The notes beneath the pieces were generated by a model. It saw only the letters and a list, made by a program, of their open reading frames with translations, searched no databases and had not been told where the DNA came from. Source: an uncultured Actinomycetes bacterium (GTDB lineage Bacteria; Actinomycetota; Acidimicrobiia; Acidimicrobiales; CADCSY01). From it: a DNA stretch of 64,000 nt. The translations under genes were made by a program, and so were the position numbers. This document shows positions 58,144 through 64,000 of the stretch, piece after piece; position 1 is the stretch's first letter, and each line of letters opens with the position of its first letter. The stretch spans positions 257,983 through 321,982 of the forward strand of contig CAWIVE010000005.1 of assembly GCA_963839545.1 (NCBI GenBank), read 5' to 3'.

Positions 58144-58925
58144 CGGCGCTGCTCCTCGGGGCCGGGTGGGCCGCGGTCGTGGCGGTCACGGCCTGGCGGC
58201 ACCGCCCGGCGCCGGGCCGGGTCCGATCGCTGTCGCGCGTGGTCGGGACCGGAGGACGCCCGTCGCCCGTCACCGGTGGGCCGTCGGCCGCGCTCGCCGC
58301 GCTGGCCAGTCGGGCCCTGCGGCGGCCCGTGGCGCCGGCGGTCGCGGGACGGGCCGGCGCCGCCGTCCTGGCCGCCGCGCTCTGGCTGCCCCTGGCGCCG
58401 CCGATGGGTCTGGCGTCGGCCATCGGCGTGTGGGCCGTGCCCGTGGTCCGGGCCCGTTCCGCCCGGCGCCGGCACGAGGCGGCCGTGCGCCGCTCCCTGC
58501 CCGAGGTGGCCGACCTGTTGGTGGTGGCCGTGGGGGCGGGGCTGACCGTGCCCCTGGCGGTGGCGGCCGTGGCCCGCCGGGCGACCGCGCCGGTGGCGGG
58601 CGAGCTCCGGCGGGCGGTCGACGAGGTCGCCCTGGGGCGCCGGCTGGCCGACGCGCTGGCCGAGGTGCCCGACCGGGTCGGCGAGCCCGCCCGTCCGCTC
58701 GTCGCCGCCCTGGTCGCGGCCGAGCGCTACGGCGGCCCGCTCCTCGACCGCCTCGTCCGCCTGGCCGACGAGGCCCGGGCCGACGGCCGGCGGCGGGCCG
58801 AGGAAGCGGCCCGGCGCGTGCCCGTCACCCTCCTCTTCCCCCTCGTGTTCTGCGTCCTGCCGGCCTTCGCGCTGCTCACCGTGGCGCCCCTGCTCGCCGG
58901 CGGCCTCCGGTCGCTGCGCCCGTGA
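58140..58925 (+). CDS. tadC: TadC (type II secretion system F family) pilus assembly membrane protein
   Basis: ATG overlaps tadB stop (ATGA). 262 codons in track frame 57147..58925. Confidence 0.6.
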   Translation: MTALLLGAGWAAVVAVTAWRHRPAPGRVRSLSRVVGTGGRPSPVTGGPSAALAALASRALRRPVAPAVAGRAGAAVLAAALWLPLAPPMGLASAIGVWAVPVVRARSARRRHEAAVRRSLPEVADLLVVAVGAGLTVPLAVAAVARRATAPVAGELRRAVDEVALGRRLADALAEVPDRVGEPARPLVAALVAAERYGGPLLDRLVRLADEARADGRRRAEEAARRVPVTLLFPLVFCVLPAFALLTVAPLLAGGLRSLRP

Positions 58926-58952
58926 TGACGTTCCCGTTCCCGAGGAGACCCG

Positions 58953-59168
58953 ATGCTCCCGATCCCGTTCGCCGTCCACCGGCTGCTCCGGCGCCGCCTC
59001 CGTGCCGGCACGTCCCCGGAGGCCGGGCAGACCTCCGCCGAGTACGCCCTCGTCCTGCTCGGTGCGGCGATGGTCGCCATGCTGGTCGTGGCCTGGGCCC
59101 GCAGCACCGGCAAGGTCGGCGACCTGCTCGACGGCATCCTCGAGGACATCATCGACACGGCCACGTGA
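58953..59168 (+). CDS. flp: Flp family type IVb pilin
   Basis: ORF track. Prepilin motif GQTSAEYALVLLGAAMVAMLVVAW. Confidence 0.6.
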   Translation: MLPIPFAVHRLLRRRLRAGTSPEAGQTSAEYALVLLGAAMVAMLVVAWARSTGKVGDLLDGILEDIIDTAT

Positions 59169-59540
59169 CCGCCCGGGCCCAGCGGGGGCAGGCCGCCGTC
59201 GAGCTCGCGCTGGTGCTGCCCCTCCTCGCCCTCCTGGCCCTCCTGCTCGTCCAGGTGGCACTGGTCGTGCGGGACCAGGTGCGGGTCACCTTCGGCGCCC
59301 GGGAGGGCGCCCGCCAGGCCGCCGTGGAGGAGGACGAGGCCTCGGTGCGCCAGGCCGTGGCCGCCTCCACCCGCCTCGACGGCGGACCGCCTCGACGTCG
59401 ACGTCGGGAACCGGGGCGAGCCCGGCTCCCGCGTCACCGTCCGCGTCGCCTACCGGGCGCCCACCGACCTCCCCCTGGTCGGGCGCCTGGTGGGCGACGT
59501 GCACCTCGAGGGGGTGGCCGCCATGCGCGTCGAGCGCTGA
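59165..59540 (+). CDS. TadE-like pilus assembly protein, frame disrupted by 16-nt duplication-like insertion near 59385
   Basis: GTG overlaps flp stop (GTGA). N-terminal TadE motif RGQAAVELALVLPLLALLALLLVQVALVV. C-terminal RLDVDVGNRGEPGSRVTVRVAYRAPTDLPLVGRLVGDVHLEGVAAMRVER* in +1 frame. Confidence 0.5.
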
Positions 59541-59559
59541 CCACGCCGGCCCCCCCGAT

Positions 59560-59608
59560 CGTTTGGGCAGCCAGATCGCCGGAATGCGGCGATCCCGCTG
59601 CCCAAACG
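59560..59608. repeat. palindromic repeat family 1, copy C
   Basis: cgtttgggcagccagatcgccgg-aatg-cggcgatcccgctgcccaaacg, 20 nt after tadE-like stop and before convergent helicase stop. Confidence 0.5.
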
Positions 59609-59625
59609 TGGGCGGGGCGGCCCCG

Positions 59626-61960
59626 CTACCGGGCGGCGAGGGCGAGCGGCGTCGCGGGGGCGTCCTCGTCCTGGTCGACGAGGTCGCCGGCGCAGGCGCC
59701 GGCGCCGGCCGGGCGGCCGAGCACGTGGCGGAGGACGGCCACGGCCCCGTCCTTGTCGAGCGGCTCGTTCCAGTTGCCGCACTTCGGGGACTGGACGCAC
59801 GACGGGCACCCCGTCGCGCACGGGCAGCTGGCCACCACCTCGAGGGTGGCCTCCAGGAGCCGACGGCCGGCGGCGAAGCCGAGCTCGGCGATGCCGGCCC
59901 CGCCCGGGTAGGCGTCGTGGATCACGATGGTGGGCCGGCCGGTGTCGGCCTGGAGGGCGGTGGACACGCCGCCGACGTCCCAGCGGTCGCAGATGGTGAA
60001 CAGGGGCAGCATGCCGATGCCGGCGTGCTCGATGGCGTGCAGCGTGCCCGGCCACCGCCCCGGGTCCACGCCAGCGGCCAGCAGCACCTCGGGCTCGAGC
60101 ACGTACCAGAACGCGCGGGTGACGAGCCGGCTGGGCGGCAGGTCGAGGTCGGCGGTGCCGAGGTCCTCGCCCGTGTGCAGGTGGCGGCGCTTGTAGCCGA
60201 CGACCTGCGAGCGGACCTCGACCGAGCCGAGGTGGAGCGACACACGGCCCACCGGCTGCTCCTCCTCGGTGTCGAGGATGCGCACGGCGACGTCCGACCG
60301 CACCGAGGTCAGCTCGTCGCCGGGGGCGGGGACGACCCACGCCACCCGGTCGTCGAGGTCGAGCTCGTCCACCCGCCACGACGCGCCCGCGTGCAGGTAC
60401 ACGGCGCCGGGGTGCACCACCTCGAAGGCCCGACTGGCGTCCACCGTGCCGATCAGGCGCCCGTCGTGCTCGGACGACCCGGTACTCCTCGGCCGCCCCG
60501 CTGCGCAGCCCGACGTCCCACGCCGGTGACCCCCGCCCGGCCCAGAACGCCCGGCCGCCCCGCACCACCAGTCGGTCGTCCTGCACGAGGGTGCGCACCC
60601 CCTCGTCGAGCTGGTCGCCCCACCAGTCGCCGTCCTCGGGGATGAGGGGCAGCTCGTAGGCCGCGCAGGCGAGGTGGGGGAGGGCCACGAACGGGTTGGT
60701 CGGGTTGACGACCGCCGGCTCGGGCGGGCGCCGGAACACCTCCTCGGGGTGGGCCATGAGCCACTGGTCGAGCTGGTCCTCGCCGGCCACCAGCACGGCC
60801 AGCGACCGCTGCTGGGCCCGGCCGGCCCGACCGGCCTGCTGCCAGAGCGAGGCGATGGTCCCCGGGAAGCCGTCGAGCACGCAGGCGTCGAGCCCGCCGA
60901 TGTCGACCCCGAGCTCCAGTGCGTTGGTGGCCACCACCCCCCGCAGCCGCCCGGCGAACAGCTCGGCCTCGACCTCCCGCCGCTCCTCGGGCAGGTAGCC
61001 GCCCCGGTAGGGCTTCACCGTCTCGGCCAGCGCGGGGCCGACCCGGCGCCCGGTGTCGGCCGCCACCAGCTCGGTGCCCTGTCGGCTCCGGCAGAAGGCG
61101 ATGGCCCGGTACGAGCCGCCCACCAGCTCGGCCAGGAGCGCCGCCGTCTCGCCGTTGGGCGACACCCGTCGGCCCGTGCCCCGGTCGAGCATCGGCGGGT
61201 TCCACAGGGCGAACAGCCGCTCGCCGCGAGGCGAGCCGTCGTCGGTGACGGGCACGACGGGGAGCCCGCACAGGTCGGACGCCAGCACCTCGGGCGTGCC
61301 GATCGTGGCCGAGCAGAACACGAACGTGGGCGACGACCCGTAGGCCGCGCACACCCGTCGCAGCCGCCGCAGCAGGTGGGCGACGTGCGAGCCGAAGATG
61401 CCCCGCAGCGTGTGCAGCTCGTCGACCACCACGTAGCGCAACCGCTTGAGGAACGTGGCCCAGCGACCGTGGTGGGGGAGCAGGCCGACGTGGAGCATGT
61501 CGGGGTTGGTCAGCACCACCGAGGCCGAGCGCCGGGCCCAGGCCCGCTCCTCGGGGCCGGTGTCGCCGTCGTAGCAGGCGGCCAGCAGGCCCGGCACGTC
61601 GAGGGCGGCGAAGCTCCGCAGCTGGTCCTGGGCCAGCGCCTTGGTGGGGTAGAGGCAGAGCGCCGTGGCCGGCGGCTCGCCCCCCTCCGGCCCCCACACC
61701 GCCTCGGCGATCGGCGCCTGGTAGCAGAGCGACTTGCCCGAGGCCGTGCCCGTGGCCACCGCCACCGACGTGCCGCTCCGGACCAGGTCGATGGCGGCGG
61801 CCTGGTGGGACCACAGCTCCTGCACGCCCAGCGCCGCCTCCACCGGTGGCGGCAACGGTCGGTCGAGCGCGGCGGTGCGGGCGGCCCGGGCCGGCAGCCG
61901 CTCGAGGTGCACGAGGCGGCCGTCCCCCAACGACCGCACCAGCCCCTCGAGGTCGATCAC
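59626..61960 (-). CDS. DEAD/DEAH-box (DExH) helicase with C-terminal DUF1998 zinc-ribbon domain (MrfA-like), one frameshift near 60460
   Basis: Track ORF 59450..61960 holds helicase motifs (GTASGKSL, VVDELH, SATIG) and loses sense after EEYRVVRA. Track ORF 59626..60444 holds DUF1998 with CPCATGCPSCVQSPKCGN. Confidence 0.65.
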
Positions 61961-62038
61961 AACCGCGAAACTACCCGCCTGTCATTCCCCTCGACAGGCC
62001 CGGCCGTACAAGGCAGGGGCGCGGGCTATCGTGATCCG

Positions 62039-62392
62039 GTGGATCTGGGCCTGAAGGTGGAGGAGCGCGGGGACGTGGCCGTCCTGGCCGTCTCCGGCGA
62101 GGTCGACGTGGCGACCGTGCCCCGCCTGCGCGAGCAGCTCCACGGGCTCGTCGCCTCCGGCACCCCCCGCATCGTCGTGGACCTCGACGCCGTCGACTTC
62201 CTCGACTCCACCGGCCTCGGCGTCCTGGTGGGCGCCCTCAAGCGGGTCCGGTCCAACGGCGGCGAGCTGGCCCTCGTGTGCACCTCGCCCCGCATCCGCA
62301 AGGTCTTCGAGGTGACCGGCCTCACCAAGGTCTTCGCCCTCTACGACACGGTCGACGCGGCCGCCTCCGGCACCGACAGCTCCTCCTCCTGA
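62039..62392 (+). CDS. STAS-domain anti-sigma-factor antagonist
   Basis: Last 117 aa of track ORF 60674..62392. GTG start by arithmetic. VAVLAVSGEVDVATVPRLRE...DLDAVDFLDSTGLGVLVGA typical SpoIIAA-like. Confidence 0.6.
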   Translation: MDLGLKVEERGDVAVLAVSGEVDVATVPRLREQLHGLVASGTPRIVVDLDAVDFLDSTGLGVLVGALKRVRSNGGELALVCTSPRIRKVFEVTGLTKVFALYDTVDAAASGTDSSSS

Positions 62393-62402
62393 GGCCGGCC
62401 TC

Positions 62403-62909
62403 GTGGACGACGAGGCCGCGATCGCCAAGCCCGACGAGCTCCTGGCCCTCTCGGCCGTCGCCACCGAGCTCTTCGAGACCCTCCGCCGCTGGTTCGACGT
62501 CCCGCCCCGGGTGACGCTCGACCTCTCCGAGGTCGACTCGGCGGTGACCGAGCTGGGCGACCCGGTGCTGGTCGCCGCCATGGCCATGCGCAAGCTCCAG
62601 GCCCTCCACCTCCTCGCCACCCCCGGCGTGCGGACCACCACCGACGTGGTCGTGGCCATCGTGCAGGACCTCCAGCGGGCCCTGATCCAGGCCCCCACCA
62701 TGCGCCTGAAGCTGGCCGCCGCGGCCACCGACTGGGACGCCGAGCTGGCGTCGCTCGACCACCCCGCCGGCTCGGCCCGGGCGGCTCCGGCCACCGCCGA
62801 CGAGGCCGACCCCGAGGCCGACCGCTTCCGGGCCCTCCACGCCATGGTGAACATGGCCATGGAGGCCACCGTCGCCGCCTCCGACGGCGAGATCCGCACC
62901 CTCCTGTAG
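62403..62909 (+). CDS. hypothetical protein
   Basis: ORF track only. Confidence 0.35.
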   Translation: MDDEAAIAKPDELLALSAVATELFETLRRWFDVPPRVTLDLSEVDSAVTELGDPVLVAAMAMRKLQALHLLATPGVRTTTDVVVAIVQDLQRALIQAPTMRLKLAAAATDWDAELASLDHPAGSARAAPATADEADPEADRFRALHAMVNMAMEATVAASDGEIRTLL

Positions 62910-62925
62910 GGGTCGCACCGCGTTC

Positions 62926-64000
62926 ATGCGCTGGACCCGGAGGGGCGACGTCGGTCCGCCAGGCTCGACGGCCGTGGGCCGCACCCTCGTCCGCCCGGTC
63001 CAGCGCTTCATGCAGGTCGAGGCGGCCGGCGCCGTGGTCATGCTGGCCGCCGCCGTGGTGGCCCTGGTCTGGGCCAACTCGCCGTGGTCGGCCGGCTACG
63101 ACTCCCTGTGGGCGACCTCGGTGGGCGACCTGTCCCTCCAGGAGTGGGTCAACGACGGCCTCATGGCTCTGTTCTTCCTCGTGGTGGGCCTCGAGATCAA
63201 GCGGGAGCTCGTGGTCGGCGAGCTGCGGGACCGGCGGGTGGCTGCCCTCCCGGCGATGGCCGCCCTCGGCGGGATGGTCGTGCCCGCCCTGATCTACGTC
63301 GCCTGCAACGCCGGCCACGAGGGGAGCCGGGGGTGGGGGATCCCCATGGCCACCGACATCGCCTTCGCCGTCGGCGTGGTCTCGCTCCTCGGCCGCCGGG
63401 TGCCGCCGGGGGCGAAGCTGTTCCTGCTGGCCCTCGCCGTCGTCGACGACCTCGGGGCCATCGTCGTGATCGCCCTCGTCTACACCGAGGACGTGAGCCT
63501 CCCCTGGCTGGCGCTGGCCGTGGCCGCGCTGGCCGTCGCCGTCCTGCTGCGGCGGGCCGACGTCCGCCGGCTCCTGCCCTACGCCCTCCTCGGCGTCGGG
63601 TGCTGGATCGCCCTCCACGAGTCGGGGGTCCACGCCACCCTCGCCGGGGCCGCCTTCGGGTTCCTGGCACCGGCCGTGGCCGCGGAGGGCGAGTCGCCGC
63701 TGGACCGCATCGTGGCCGTCCTCAACCCCTGGGTCAGCTTCGCCGTCGTGCCCCTCTTCGCCCTGGCCAACGCCGGCGTCTCCCTGTCCGGTGACCTCCT
63801 GGGCGACGCCCCGGGTGACCGGGTGGTCCTCGGGATCGCGCTCGGCCTGGTGGTCGGCAAGCCGGTCGGCGTCGTCGGCGCCACGTGGCTGGCCTGCCGC
63901 CTCCGGGTGGGCCGCCTGCCCGTCGGGACCGGGTGGCGCCACCTCGTCGGGGTCGGGGTGTGCGCCGGCATCGGCTTCACCGTGGCCCTCTTCGTCGCCG
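62926..64000 (+). CDS. nhaA: Na+/H+ antiporter NhaA (3' end outside window)
   Basis: ATG at 62926. VQRFMQVEAAGAVVMLAAAVVALVWAN and GIPMATDIAFAVGV conserved NhaA motifs. Open to window end. Confidence 0.8.
   Translation, partial: MRWTRRGDVGPPGSTAVGRTLVRPVQRFMQVEAAGAVVMLAAAVVALVWANSPWSAGYDSLWATSVGDLSLQEWVNDGLMALFFLVVGLEIKRELVVGELRDRRVAALPAMAALGGMVVPALIYVACNAGHEGSRGWGIPMATDIAFAVGVVSLLGRRVPPGAKLFLLALAVVDDLGAIVVIALVYTEDVSLPWLALAVAALAVAVLLRRADVRRLLPYALLGVGCWIALHESGVHATLAGAAFGFLAPAVAAEGESPLDRIVAVLNPWVSFAVVPLFALANAGVSLSGDLLGDAPGDRVVLGIALGLVVGKPVGVVGATWLACRLRVGRLPVGTGWRHLVGVGVCAGIGFTVALFVA

Noticed and set aside
57440-60645. Long plus ORFs 57440..59911 and 59002..60645, and minus ORFs 56483..57580, 57237..59261 and 58727..59437 over the tad genes
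   Set aside because: Alternative frames of GC-rich tad genes. The real genes are fixed by conserved TadB/TadC/Flp/TadE features and coupled junctions.
60674-62038. Upstream about 450 aa of track ORF 60674..62392 and minus ORFs 62341..63942 and 62322..63077
   Set aside because: Antisense to the helicase and nhaA. Only the last 117 aa (STAS antagonist) show a real fold signature.

Overview
High-GC (roughly 70%+) actinobacterial chromosomal segment that is densely coding on both strands, with about 55 protein-coding genes and no rRNA, tRNA or CRISPR detected. Main contents, in order: (1) a secreted VWA-domain protein translationally coupled to a 1614-aa Ala/Glu/Arg-rich repetitive coiled-coil protein, followed by a MacB/FtsX-type ABC exporter; (2) the Fe-S assembly genes apbC/mrp and erpA, ridA and an ArsR-like regulator; (3) a nitrogen-assimilation locus glnR <- glnA2 | -> glnA (GSI-beta) that is disrupted by at least 14 frameshifts in about 3.7 kb, with glnE elsewhere in the window also frameshifted; (4) arylsulfatase, VOC proteins, a Rox-like FAD monooxygenase, an MBL-Rieske fusion, a NAT and a flotillin operon; (5) a divergent pair of paralogous ~1480-aa AftD-like (DUF3367) GT-C glycosyltransferases next to a GT39-like enzyme; (6) nadE, vapBC, and a group-2 sigma factor; (7) a complete, tightly coupled Tad/Flp pilus operon (tadZ-like, cpaF, tadB, tadC, flp, tadE-like); (8) a DExH helicase with C-terminal DUF1998, a STAS anti-sigma antagonist, and the start of nhaA. 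Non-coding signals include two families of imperfect-palindromic intergenic repeats, some of which supply the stop codon of the upstream gene; several G+C-rich terminator hairpins; and repeated 4-nt start/stop overlaps (GTGA/ATGA/CTGA) throughout the window. Many long antisense 'mirror' ORFs are GC-driven artefacts. Frameshifts are concentrated in conserved genes, so a consensus or assembly artefact must be excluded before calling pseudogenes. No canonical defence island was recognised. Coordinates of starts that were read by eye off the sequence lines rather than computed from the ORF track may be off by 1-2 nt.
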